64,000 nt of DNA from Nitrososphaeria archaeon (GCA_050011875.1 JBEKIG010000016.1:31088-95087), one strand, 5' to 3'; positions 41,500-51,407 are shown, counted from the first letter of the stretch. Notes: generated from the letters alone by a model not told the origin. Translations and numbers: made by a program.

Positions 41500-41832
41500 G
41501 GTGGAGAAACTACTGTGACAATTGCAGGAAAATCAGTGAATGGGGGAAGAAACCAAGAGATGGCGCTTTTGGCAGCCCAAGATATTGAAGGCGTATCGAA
41601 TATTGTCATAGCATCTGTGGCGGCTGACGGAATCGATGGACCTACAGAAATCGCCGGCGCCATAGTGCACGTCTCAATTATGAAGAATGTGGAAGAAAAG
41701 GGATTGAGCATGATGAGAGAATTAAGTTACCATAATTCTTCGTATGTGCTAGAAAAAATATCTGATGCAATCTATACGTTTGACACGGCAACGAATTTAA
41801 TGGACCTTATATTGGTCTACATATCTCCATAA
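41500..41832 (+). pseudogene. Orphan MOFRL (glycerate 2-kinase C-terminal) fragment
   Basis: 'GGETTV...GGRNQEMAL...DGIDGPT..AGA...TNLMD'; N-terminal domain absent. Confidence 0.85.
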
Positions 41833-41893
41833 TACTCAAATCCCGTAAAGAAAGGGTTAAAAGGTAAAGTATTTATTTGATAAAAAAAATTAA

Positions 41894-43153
41894 GTGCACA
41901 CCCAAATGACAGAGCTTATAGAAAAAGCTAGAGCAGCCAAGATGGTATCGTATGAGCTTGCACGGTCAAGTGACGAAACTAGGAAAAAAGGATTGACTTT
42001 AATGGCTAAAGGCCTCCTTGATCGATCTAAAGAAATTTTGGAAGCTAACAAAAGGGATGTCGAAGAATTTAAGGCGTACAATCCGGGCTCTCCCCTAGTT
42101 GACAGACTTCTTCTAAACGATGAAAGACTTAAGGAGTGTGCCGATGGATTAATTAAGATCGCTTCTTTACATGATCCAATAGGGGAAGTTGTTGAAGGAT
42201 GGAGAACTAAGGTTGGACTCGAAATCGTTAAAGTTAGGGTTCCAATCGGAGTTCTTGGCGCAGTATTCGAAGCTAGACCTAACGTTACGGTTGACATCAG
42301 CGGATTAGCTTTAAGATCAGGGAACACCTGCATACTAAGAGGTGGGTCAGAAGCTCTTAATTCCAACATTAAAATCGTTGAAGTTTTAAAATCTTCACTT
42401 GGAGATGTACTACCTAAAGAAGTTATACAAATAATCGTATCAAAGGATAGAGCGATTGTTGATGAGATGTTAAAACTGAATGATTACATAGATGTCATCG
42501 TGCCAAGGGGAAGTGCATCCTTTATAAAATATGTCAGGGACAGAGCAACGGTTCCAATTATTGAGACCGGTGCCGGCAACAACCATATCTTTGTAAACTG
42601 GGACGCTGATTTCGAGGTCGCTAATAGAATAATTTTGAACGCGAAGGTTCAAAGGCCAACTGTCTGTAACGCGGTTAGAAAGATACTTGTTCACGAGCAA
42701 ATAGCCGAAAAGTACATTCCTCTCCTTGTCTCGGAAATGAGGAAACATAGTGTTTTTATCAAAGGGGATAGTAAAACACAGGAAATCGTTAAAAACGTGG
42801 TGCCAGCCACTGAGAAAGATTGGTATGAAGAATATATGGACCTCACTTTAGCTATTAAGGTCGTTGGTTCAGTTGAACAGGCCGTAGAGCACATTAACAA
42901 ATACGGTACAAGACATTCTGATTGTATTATAACAAAAAACATTGATGAAGCAAAATATTTTACTTGGAATGTTGATAGTGCATGTGTATACGTTAATGCT
43001 TCAACAAGATTCACAGATGGTGCAGAATTTGGATTTGGCGCAGAAGTTGGTATAAGCACGCAGAAGATACATGCAAGAGGACCTATGGGACTAAGAGAAC
43101 TTACGACTACTAAGTATATCATCAACGGTAGTGGTCAGATTAGGGAACTCTAG
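41894..43153 (+). CDS. proA: Glutamate-5-semialdehyde dehydrogenase
   Basis: 'FEARPNVT', 'RPTVCNA', 'NASTRFTDG', 'ISTQKIHARGPMG'. Confidence 0.95.
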   Translation: MHTQMTELIEKARAAKMVSYELARSSDETRKKGLTLMAKGLLDRSKEILEANKRDVEEFKAYNPGSPLVDRLLLNDERLKECADGLIKIASLHDPIGEVVEGWRTKVGLEIVKVRVPIGVLGAVFEARPNVTVDISGLALRSGNTCILRGGSEALNSNIKIVEVLKSSLGDVLPKEVIQIIVSKDRAIVDEMLKLNDYIDVIVPRGSASFIKYVRDRATVPIIETGAGNNHIFVNWDADFEVANRIILNAKVQRPTVCNAVRKILVHEQIAEKYIPLLVSEMRKHSVFIKGDSKTQEIVKNVVPATEKDWYEEYMDLTLAIKVVGSVEQAVEHINKYGTRHSDCIITKNIDEAKYFTWNVDSACVYVNASTRFTDGAEFGFGAEVGISTQKIHARGPMGLRELTTTKYIINGSGQIREL

Positions 43154-43944
43154 GAACTGAGCAGTGAAGCTTTATCCGCCCCCGCTTTGATCGCTTCTAT
43201 TATTGACCCTTTAACCGCTTTTCTCTCGAGAATGTAAATACCTTCTATGGTAGTTCCTCCAGGAGTAGCTACTCTCTCAAGTATTTCATCAAAACCTTTC
43301 TCTTCAAGTAGCTTTGAAGTACCGAGGAACACTTTTAGGGCGACCTTCTTAGCGGTATTATGGGGTAGCCCCAGAAGAACCCCAGCTTCATAGAACGATT
43401 TGATCACTTCAGAAGCGAAGGCAACCCCACTTCCTGACAACGAGGTGAACGCATCAATAACATTTTCTTCGACAACAAAAACATCACCAAGTCTAGACAG
43501 TAATTGTTCAACTTTCATTCTTTGTTCGATACGGACATCTTTCAGGCTTGCCAAAGCTATCGAAGCCTCGCAAACTTCACATGATATGTTTGGCATAGCT
43601 CGAAAAATTCCTTTACCTTGAACTCTAGAGGATATAACTTCAAGCTTCAACCCACCAACAAAGGAGATAAGAACCTTATCTTCTTCTACTCCGCTAAGTT
43701 GGGAAGCAACGTTGTTGAAATCTTTTGGTTTAACACACAAAAGGAGTATATCTGTATTTGATTGCAAAACTTTAATCGACGGAGCAGATCTAATTAAAAG
43801 GTTTTTGAACGAGTCGACTTTACCCTTCTCAACGTCAAAGACAACAATATCTTCTGGAGTAACACCCGACTTTAGAAGACCTTTTGTAACCGCACTTCCC
43901 AGACTTCCAAGACCCAATATACCAACGTGCATAGCCCAATTCAT
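43150..43944 (-). CDS. proC: Pyrroline-5-carboxylate reductase
   Basis: 'GLGSLG', 'VKP', 'RAMPN', 'SGSG', 'TPGGTT'. Confidence 0.93.
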   Translation of the reverse strand: MNWAMHVGILGLGSLGSAVTKGLLKSGVTPEDIVVFDVEKGKVDSFKNLLIRSAPSIKVLQSNTDILLLCVKPKDFNNVASQLSGVEEDKVLISFVGGLKLEVISSRVQGKGIFRAMPNISCEVCEASIALASLKDVRIEQRMKVEQLLSRLGDVFVVEENVIDAFTSLSGSGVAFASEVIKSFYEAGVLLGLPHNTAKKVALKVFLGTSKLLEEKGFDEILERVATPGGTTIEGIYILERKAVKGSIIEAIKAGADKASLLSS

Positions 43945-43972
43945 CTAGAAACATGTAATAAACTTTACCGTC

Positions 43973-45163
43973 ATGGTATCAGATAGTATAAAAAATACTT
44001 CTAATACGGTGATGAAGACATCCCAAGAGAAGTATGTCTCCTACAATATTGATAGGGCATGGAGAAAGATAGGGGAAAGCAAGACAGTGGAACGTTTTAT
44101 CAGAAAGATCGGGAAGCCCACCACACAATCTTCTTATCTCATAGCACTCTCAAAATACTTTCAATGGCTCCGAGAAAAAGGCGCGGACATGGATCCCGAT
44201 CAACTTATCAGAGATAACCTTCAATGCATATACGGATCCGGACCTTCGGATGTGGAAACAAAGAGAAAGCATACGGACTGGCTTGATGAATACGTTAACC
44301 GAAAACTCCTTGAAGCTGGATCTTCAGAGAGCTCCAGGATGATTGTTTCCTCAGCGATCAAGCAGTTCTACAAGAGAAACGATTCTCCTCTGTTCGGGGA
44401 TTTCAGTGTCTCAATTCAGCAAATGAAAGAGCCTCCTAAACCCTTGGAAGCTGACGACATAAGGAAGGTGTTGAAGGCTCTTCCATTAAGTTTGAGGACC
44501 CCTCTGCTCTTGGCTTGGCAGTCTGGGATAGAAATAGGGAGAGTTCTATCTCTAACATGGAGACAAGTAGAGAACATCGATTCAGGAGAGTGCCCTCTAA
44601 AGATTAACCTTTACGGTAGAAAGAGGCATAGGAAAACGTATTTTTCTTTCGTGGGAAAAGACAGCATCGAACACCTTAAAATGTGGCGTGGGAAGTGGCC
44701 TGATCTGATGGGGAGAAACGCTAATCCTGAAGACTTGATCTTTGTCGGCAAGCAGAAAGCTTCCCTTAGCTATACATGGTTAGAACTTCTTGTGAGAAGA
44801 ACAGCTTCTAGCCTTGCTGGACAATGCATCATAAAAAATGGTAATATTGGAAGCTGGCATCCGCATGCGTTAAGACATTCTTTTGAGACAGAAGCTTCAC
44901 ATGCTGGCGTAAAATCTGAAATAAGAGACTACTTTCTAGGACATATTACAGGAATACAGTGGACATACAACCATAGAGATGAGATTCACCCTGAAGACCT
45001 TGTAAAGGAATATTTGAAGATAGAACCATACGTCAGCTTAGACTATACTGATAAAACATTAAGAGAAGAATACGATCAGAGGGAGAAGAACCTTATCGAG
45101 AGGATTCTGCAGCTTGAACGCCTTTACAGCGATTTGAAGAAAGAAGTTCTTTCAAGGCCTTAA
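43973..45163 (+). CDS. Tyrosine recombinase/integrase (start may be about 44012)
   Basis: 'HPHALRHSF', 'LGH...Y'; first catalytic Arg position reads 'QSGIEIGR'. Confidence 0.88.
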   Translation: MVSDSIKNTSNTVMKTSQEKYVSYNIDRAWRKIGESKTVERFIRKIGKPTTQSSYLIALSKYFQWLREKGADMDPDQLIRDNLQCIYGSGPSDVETKRKHTDWLDEYVNRKLLEAGSSESSRMIVSSAIKQFYKRNDSPLFGDFSVSIQQMKEPPKPLEADDIRKVLKALPLSLRTPLLLAWQSGIEIGRVLSLTWRQVENIDSGECPLKINLYGRKRHRKTYFSFVGKDSIEHLKMWRGKWPDLMGRNANPEDLIFVGKQKASLSYTWLELLVRRTASSLAGQCIIKNGNIGSWHPHALRHSFETEASHAGVKSEIRDYFLGHITGIQWTYNHRDEIHPEDLVKEYLKIEPYVSLDYTDKTLREEYDQREKNLIERILQLERLYSDLKKEVLSRP

Positions 45164-45201
45164 ACTCCTTATCCATCTGCTCACAGATCTTCTTTACTTT
45201 A

Positions 45202-45642
45202 TCAATATCCAAACATTGACACCTCTTCTACTTTAGAGAAGAATTTTGTCGATTTTGTAGGTGCTTTTTGTCTGCTTAGATTGAGTGGTGTCGAAGGATT
45301 TTGGAGGTAAATATATACTGCGGAATTAAGTTTTGGGGCAATTTTTGACAGCTCTATGAGCGTTAATGCGATAACCCTGTGTCTTGTTAGGGCATCGCTC
45401 CTTTTTCTGAAATAGATTTCGGACTGTTGCTTCAGAATCTGTCCGGCAAAATCTAAAACCCTTTCCGGCAAACTATAGTCTTCTAAAATGCTTCTTAATT
45501 CAGTTCTGCATTCAGTGTAGAATCTGTTAAACCCTTTAAAGCTCACCAAACCTTTCTCTATAGTTTCCGAGTGGAAAGAGTTGAATATCCACATTATAGA
45601 CACTTGGTTGAGAGATTTTAGGAAAGTTATATGTGTAGCCAC
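45202..45642 (-). CDS. Hypothetical protein with a TFB core (cyclin-fold)-like segment; start uncertain
   Basis: 'RTELRSILEDYSLPERVLDFAGQILK'. Confidence 0.5.
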   Translation of the reverse strand: MATHITFLKSLNQVSIMWIFNSFHSETIEKGLVSFKGFNRFYTECRTELRSILEDYSLPERVLDFAGQILKQQSEIYFRKRSDALTRHRVIALTLIELSKIAPKLNSAVYIYLQNPSTPLNLSRQKAPTKSTKFFSKVEEVSMFGY

Positions 45643-45925
45643 ATTTCTGGCACGTTAATTCACCATCTTCTAAGAGAACCATTTTTTTAAGATCTTCTGG
45701 GCACAGATAGCTATGATTTGATTTTTTTAGAAATCTTTGTTTAAGTGCACTTGCGTTATCGTACTTTATTTTCAACCTTTCGCCTATCAGATTAGGTTTA
45801 TCTAATATTGTCCATCCTTCTGATAGAACAAGGGAAGCGAGCTTTTTCATCTGATTTGGTGGTCTTCCTCTTATGATATTTTTCAGCTTATCTTCTGTGA
45901 GAACAGTTTTAGTCGTGAAGACCAC
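45536..45925 (-). CDS. Hypothetical protein with a TFB-type zinc ribbon
   Basis: 'CPEDLKKMVLLEDGELTCQKCGY'. Confidence 0.6.
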   Translation of the reverse strand: MVFTTKTVLTEDKLKNIIRGRPPNQMKKLASLVLSEGWTILDKPNLIGERLKIKYDNASALKQRFLKKSNHSYLCPEDLKKMVLLEDGELTCQKCGYTYNFPKISQPSVYNVDIQLFPLGNYRERFGEL

Positions 45926-46094
45926 CTTTTTTCTTCGATAATTCCTTTGCCAATAAGTCGACTACTTTTTTTAGCCGATTTAGGGTAGGCTCTTCCGCCA
46001 ATAATATGCTCTTACTGCAAACGGGTTTATGTTGGACACTTTTAGTCAAAGGATTCCAGTAATATTTGATGATCCGTATTAGATAATGTGTCAT
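45909..46094 (-). CDS. Small hypothetical element protein
   Basis: ATG 46094 overlaps the upstream TGA (ATGA coupling). Confidence 0.55.
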   Translation of the reverse strand: MTHYLIRIIKYYWNPLTKSVQHKPVCSKSILLAEEPTLNRLKKVVDLLAKELSKKKGGLHD

Positions 46095-46342
46095 TTTGAT
46101 GCACTCACTTTCTGTATGAAGTAGGGGCATATCCGAACTTCGATAGAAGTCGGAATAATGATCAAATTCGGTTTCTTTAGACAGATATTATTTTGATAAT
46201 GGAAACAATCAGAACATATTACTTTTGTTTTTGTTGCATTTGTTTCACTTGTTACACTTGATGTGTGTGCTGCGTCTTCATCACCATCTGTCGAGCCTAC
46301 ATGCTTATTACATGCAACATTTTCTAAATTAGTATTATTTGC
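46091..46342 (-). pseudogene. C-terminal remnant of a larger protein (Thr/Ser-rich linker plus 4 Cys)
   Basis: Manual translation ...TSSVTSETNATKTKVICSDCFHYQNNICLKKP...ICPYF...*; no start codon. Confidence 0.5.
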
Positions 46343-46379
46343 TACTAACTTTCTTTTCTCTCCGTCTAATATTGGTTGA

Positions 46380-47051
46380 AAAAGTAGGTATGTCTCCAGA
46401 AAGGAGATCGCGTCTTTAACAGCTTTAGGAGATAGGAGAACCCAACGTGCTATAAAGGAACTTATTGCGAAGGGACTTTATGGCAAAGGTTCAAAGGGAG
46501 GCTACTACAAGAATTTATCCACAGAAATAGGACCAACATCCGCTTATGCGGATAGGGTAAACACCGGACTAAGCTTCTATCAGCTTGGCATGTATATTGA
46601 GGAGGAAATACTTGGGAAATTTGAGTCGGTCAAAAATGATCGTAAACTGGCAGAGTTTTTTTTAAGATACATGTTCTACTCCATCGCTACAGATATTATT
46701 GTAGCCTTGTCCTACTATCAAGGTTTCAAGGCCGAACAGAGACTGAGAAAGAAATATATTACTTTGACAGCAGGTATAGAAAAACTCTCGGAAGCACTGA
46801 ACAAGCTTAGTGCCAAGGAAGATGGGGTATGGAAGGAAATTTTTCTAAAAATGTTCATGGAATCGGCTGGCGGCGCCATAGTCAGATTCAACGAACTCCA
46901 GCTGAAAAGGAAGATTTCCTTCGATGAGATGAAAAAGTATAAGGAGGAGAAAAAGTTTAAGGAGGATATAACAAAATCTTTCTATGAAGCAAGACAGACG
47001 CAGCTTAAATTAATAAAGCAATTCATTGATAGAAAAACGTTCGACAAGTAG
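46380..47051 (+). pseudogene. 5'-truncated winged-helix protein (includes ORF 46590..47051)
   Basis: Frame stays open upstream of 46590: 'VSRKEIASLTALGDRRTQRAIKELIAKGL...GGYY'; no start codon. Confidence 0.6.
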
Positions 47052-47552
47052 CCTAACCAATATCCGTGAATTGTTTAAGAACAGATGCTCTTTACTGAAT
47101 TTTCTGCAGCAAAAAAATGTACAGAGTTTCCTGATTATAACAAGCTTTTTGGTCTTAAACCTGATCCGATCCTTCATGCTGACAAATCCGAAATCATATA
47201 ACCTTTGCAACTAGTATCTCTTTAGTATTCATATATGAGGTATTTTAAAAAGAATGATGGTTCCATCACCTTCTTTGTCTGGATTACCGGGGTTGGTTCC
47301 GTACTCGTACTTATCTGTGCGATAGCGTACTTCCTGCTATCGGTACGGGGCAAAAGGGGATTTTAGGATACTTTAATATCACTTGGTGAGCTATTTCCCA
47401 GATTGGTAAACATTTTTAAAGGTCGCTTCATGACCTAATTTAGCCAAAAAAAATAGTGGTAAAACATGCGATTTTTTTGTCATGAAACGAGTCTGGCGCG
47501 GCGTCGACGTGCCATTTACTAATGTGGTAAAGTAAGGGACGAATCAGTTTGG

Positions 47553-47810
47553 TTAAATAGCGCTCTTTCGATATAAATCTTGTTTTAGATTCTTTATCTC
47601 GATCAAAGTAGTCTGTATGTTCTTTTGCATGGCCTCCTGGTTCCCACATACCTGCTTGAACTGGGCCTTCTGATCTGAGAATAGAAGGTTTACTGTCTTG
47701 TTCTGCTCGCTTATTGATGCCAGAATCAGGAGCTCCAGCTCCCTGTCGGTCAGCTTCCCCTTATCAAGTATCTTCTTTATGACTTCGACAGACGAAGGCG
47801 CAATTAGGTT
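47553..47810 (-). pseudogene. Start-less coiled-coil gene fragment
   Basis: 'SVEVIKKILDKGKLTDRELELLILASISEQNK...IKNLKQDLYRKSAI*' reads as natural protein. Confidence 0.45.
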
Positions 47811-47826
47811 AATAATAAATTAAAAC

Positions 47827-48074
47827 TGATTGAGCCAAAAAATAATAAACTAAATTAAAGTGGCTCAACACGTTTTAAAACAAAATGCTATCGATAACTT
47901 TTTCCTGTTGGCTCAACTTATTATCGTTTTGCATGAGAGCGTGTTGAGGTTCGATATTGCACAGGGGGATCTGTCCGAGCCAACATGCAGAATGTCTATC
48001 GATAGCGTTTACGATTTTTTTTGATTGAGCCAGATCTAAAAATTTTAAAACGCATCCGCTCAACACGTTTTTTT
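47827..48074. repeat. Symmetric array of TTGAGC/GCTCAACACG half-sites
   Basis: Two direct copies of TGATTGAGCCA...GCTCAACACGTTTT with identical spacing around an inner inverted repeat. Confidence 0.8.
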
Positions 48075-48645
48075 GTTCAACTATGATAAAATGGTTGATG
48101 CCATCTAAATAGAACATAGTTATGGAATCATGCAATCAAATAGAAGCATATATAATGCAGTATTAGTTAGGAATCTGTATTCCAGTTGCCTAAATGTGAC
48201 TTTTGTGGAAAAGATATAGGTCTATCTTTTCAATGCATTTATTGTAATCAATATTTTTGTGACGAACATAGGCTACCTCCTTCACATAAATGTTCAAATA
48301 TAGAAAAAAATTTACCTGAAATGCCTCCTAAATCCTAATCTTATCAACTTAGTAAGACATCTATATGATATACTCCAATTCTGAAAGAAGAAAAACAATT
48401 AGAAAATGTTTGTATGGGATATTATGAACGAAGTTTCTTTTTTGATACTTTCATTGCACCATTCGGTGTAGAAAAACTAGTTTCTATATCTGATTCTAAA
48501 CAGGAATTGTCAGAGCAAGTAGGTGTAGTATTTTACCAAAGGACAGAAAATGCATACGAAGCACAACCAAAATTACTATCAAAATCGAATTTGGGATTTG
48601 ATTGTAGAAATTCAGTCAAAATCCTAAGATTTTTATGGGTTTTAT

Positions 48646-48734
48646 GGCTTTGAACCCATATGGGTATAAAGCCCACTGGCTTTATCCATCGCTTATACCT
48701 TGTAAAAGCGGACTTGAACCGTTTCTGGTATAGG
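48646..48734 (+). repeat. Two tandem copies of a ~25-bp IS-TIR-like motif
   Basis: GGCTTTGAACCCATATGGGTATA (48646) and GGACTTGAACCGTTTCTGGTATAGG (48710). Confidence 0.65.
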
Positions 48735-48959
48735 TCCGACCTGGCTCACTTTCTTTAATATTGTTAGGTTTCTTATATTGAAGAAACTCAGATGTTAGCA
48801 TACTGATTATAGTAGCACTGTTGGCAGTCAACCTATTACGTAAACGTAAAATCTCTCTGAAGGGTAAACAAAATTGAAGTTTAATGATTCCTATGTTTTT
48901 TTAACTAACCTTTATAAATGTAGTAAACTTTAATAATCATAAGCAAGAATATGTTATAG

Positions 48960-49235
48960 TTGAAATTCCTTATTATTTGGTGGCTGCAGATAGGGCCCCA
49001 GGTTACTCCTCAAATGGGGCAGGCCGTCCTTAAAATGGCGGAGTATTCGAAAGAGCTTATAGAAAAAGGCAAGTTGGAAAAACATTACCACATCGTAGGC
49101 AAACATGGTGCCGCATGGATATGTGATGTGGAGTCAAATGACGAATTAGAGTTGATATTGGCCCGTTCTCCCGTCTATAACTTTGCTCAATACGAAATTT
49201 ATGCTCTAACTGAAATGAAGTCGGGCGTTCTTTAG
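48960..49235 (+). CDS. Muconolactone-isomerase-like/DUF3303 small alpha-beta protein
   Basis: 'GKLEKHYHIVG..GAAWICDVESNDEL...L...P'. Confidence 0.7.
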   Translation: MKFLIIWWLQIGPQVTPQMGQAVLKMAEYSKELIEKGKLEKHYHIVGKHGAAWICDVESNDELELILARSPVYNFAQYEIYALTEMKSGVL

Positions 49236-49359
49236 TTCCGTGACATCTTTAGTTTTTGATTCAAATCTGGAGCCAAAAAAAACATCTGTGAACCTTGAAC
49301 TGAAAACTTTTTTTCGCGCCTCCTATAATCGGTTCACGGAACACCAGACGCATTGCCGA

Positions 49360-50151
49360 TTATGAAGAAAGGACCTGGAAGTACGCGTAAGTAGTCTGGC
49401 TCCACGCGTCGAACACGACCACCGTATAGCTGCCTTGAGGGAATGTTTGGAAGGTGTAGTTCTGCTCAGAGCTGGTCCAATATCCGTCTATGATTGATGT
49501 CTCGTTGACCGGGCCAGTTGTGCTCGGCCCGCCTGGGCCTTGTTGCACGGTCGCGACATCGCTAAATGGATAGAACGAGTATAGGAAAACGAACACTCTC
49601 GGACACAAGTACGTCAGGTTAGGATTGTAGAGCAGTAGTTCCGTCGCCTTTGATAGGTTTGCGGCCGTGTAGTGGCCCTGAAAGACCTCAACCCCCGTTG
49701 CAAAGCCCTGCTGGCACGGACCGTCAGCTAGGTTCGTCATCGACGTGGCGTTTACCTCGACCTCGCTTGAAAGCGTGTTGTAGACTTGGGCCGTTACCGT
49801 AACACTTTGACCTTGGGGGACGTCAATCGGCTTAATCATTGCGGTTAGCTGGAGACCATTGGTCACGTTGGAAGATACCGTGGCGCTATTGCCCAAGTAA
49901 CTTGTGATTGAAGTAGTGATAGTCGTGGTGGCTATTGACGTCCGTGTCACAGTCGTCGCAATAGCTGTGCTTATAGATGTAGAGGTAGAAGCCGTAGCTG
50001 TAGTTGTAGGAGTGATAAGTGTTGTGGATGTCGTTCGCATTGGCTGCAGTGGAAGAAGGTAGATTGCTCCGCCTGCCAGAACCAACGCTAATACAGCAGC
50101 TACGAAAACTCCTACAACTATTTGCCTTCTATATTCCGACATTATGCTCAT
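49360..50151 (-). CDS. Membrane-anchored surface protein with Thr-rich stalk
   Basis: N-terminal TM, T/S-rich linker and beta-rich domain; GC higher than the flanks. Confidence 0.8.
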   Translation of the reverse strand: MSIMSEYRRQIVVGVFVAAVLALVLAGGAIYLLPLQPMRTTSTTLITPTTTATASTSTSISTAIATTVTRTSIATTTITTSITSYLGNSATVSSNVTNGLQLTAMIKPIDVPQGQSVTVTAQVYNTLSSEVEVNATSMTNLADGPCQQGFATGVEVFQGHYTAANLSKATELLLYNPNLTYLCPRVFVFLYSFYPFSDVATVQQGPGGPSTTGPVNETSIIDGYWTSSEQNYTFQTFPQGSYTVVVFDAWSQTTYAYFQVLSS

Positions 50152-50397
50152 CAGTATACTTTGACTTGGATATAGCGCTATTAATAGAAAGGCTGGAAAG
50201 CGCGGTTTTCTAATTTTAGAAAGCTATTATATTAGAAATGCTATACTTTCATAAGTTATTCAAAAAAACTATTGATCAGAGATTTCTAAACGTTCTATTT
50301 TCTCTCTCATTCTTTCGTAAATGCTCTAACAATCTTTATCTACGTTGGTTTTGTGAAAGTAATAGAATGTTATCCGGCATCATCAAGATGGTGTTAG

Positions 50398-51075
50398 TTG
50401 AGTGAGCTTAACCCACCCACCAAAAAGATGGAAGAGACCCCAAACAAGGTAATCCAAGACCTCGTTTTGGTTTTCACAATTGTCTTCGCAACTGATTTCT
50501 TAATGGCTGATTTCTTACCTCAACTGTACCTCTTCACAATTCTTCTTTGGGCTGCACTGCCATTCCTCGTTGAATTGGTCCTGAGGAAAGGAACGATCAG
50601 AAACCTTGGATTCCTTAGAACCAACTTTCGGAGAAGTCTGCCTCTTTACTTTGCCCTAGTAGTTGGTTGGATTTTGATAATCTTCGGGCTTCTTGAATCA
50701 ATCACTCCACATTCCCAATCTTCATCATTGATCGAATATTCACTCTATTTTGCCACTATCTTCTTTCATCCAGCTTTTGTTGAAGAGCTTAACTTTAGAG
50801 GCTTTTTGCAAACTAGGCTTGAGCGCTTGTTCTCCGCAAAGCAATCAATAATTATTCAGGCAGTAATGTTCGCCGCGTATCACATCCCGGCCGCTTTGCC
50901 AATATCTAAACTAGGGTTCTCCCCTGGCGGAATTTTCTATCCTGTGTTTGCACTTGCCCTAGGCATCGCAAACGGAATAGTGTACGCCAAGACACGAAAT
51001 CTATTTGCTGGAATGGCAATCCACGGAAGTCTTCTCGCGGCCTTTGAGCTTCTGACCTTGCTGTATATGCATTAG
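50398..51075 (+). CDS. CPBP/Abi (CAAX-protease-like) intramembrane metalloprotease
   Basis: 'EELNFRG', 'FAAYH', 'AIH'. Confidence 0.88.
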   Translation: MSELNPPTKKMEETPNKVIQDLVLVFTIVFATDFLMADFLPQLYLFTILLWAALPFLVELVLRKGTIRNLGFLRTNFRRSLPLYFALVVGWILIIFGLLESITPHSQSSSLIEYSLYFATIFFHPAFVEELNFRGFLQTRLERLFSAKQSIIIQAVMFAAYHIPAALPISKLGFSPGGIFYPVFALALGIANGIVYAKTRNLFAGMAIHGSLLAAFELLTLLYMH

Positions 51076-51167
51076 ATAGCATGATGGAAGCATAGACAGT
51101 GGTCTCTTTGATATTCGCATCACAATAATTACAAAATTATCTCAAGCCTGTCTGTAATAGTTGCAGG

Positions 51168-51407
51168 CTAACTGATTTGGAAGTAGCCGATTGCTTCCTG
51201 ACCCCAAGCATCGAACACAACTACCGTGTAGATGCCTGTGGGGAATGTGTGAAAGACATAGTCTTGTCCAGAGCCTGTCCAATATCCTGCTAAGATTGAT
51301 GTCTCATTGACCGGGCTTGTGGTGCTCTTTGGCTCGAATGCACCAAGACTTAGTTGAATCGTCGCTATGTTACTATTGGGAGAAAATGTGTATTGGAACG
51401 TGAACAC
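51168..51407 (-). pseudogene. C-terminal fragment paralogous to 49360..50151
   Basis: 'PVNETSI..GYWT....Y.F.TFP.G.YTVVVFDAW' shared by both. Confidence 0.85.

Larger units (their letters stand above)
43970..47210. mobile_element. Small integrated element 2 (internally deleted); boundaries approximate
   Basis: Integrase, converging minus-strand operon and divergent wHTH; same layout as element 1. Confidence 0.65.

Noticed and set aside
47827-48074. CRISPR array
   Set aside because: Repeats are short, in mixed orientation and not regularly spaced; no cas genes
49360-51407. DGR template/variable repeat pair
   Set aside because: Differences are not adenine-specific, fall mostly at third codon positions, and no reverse transcriptase is present
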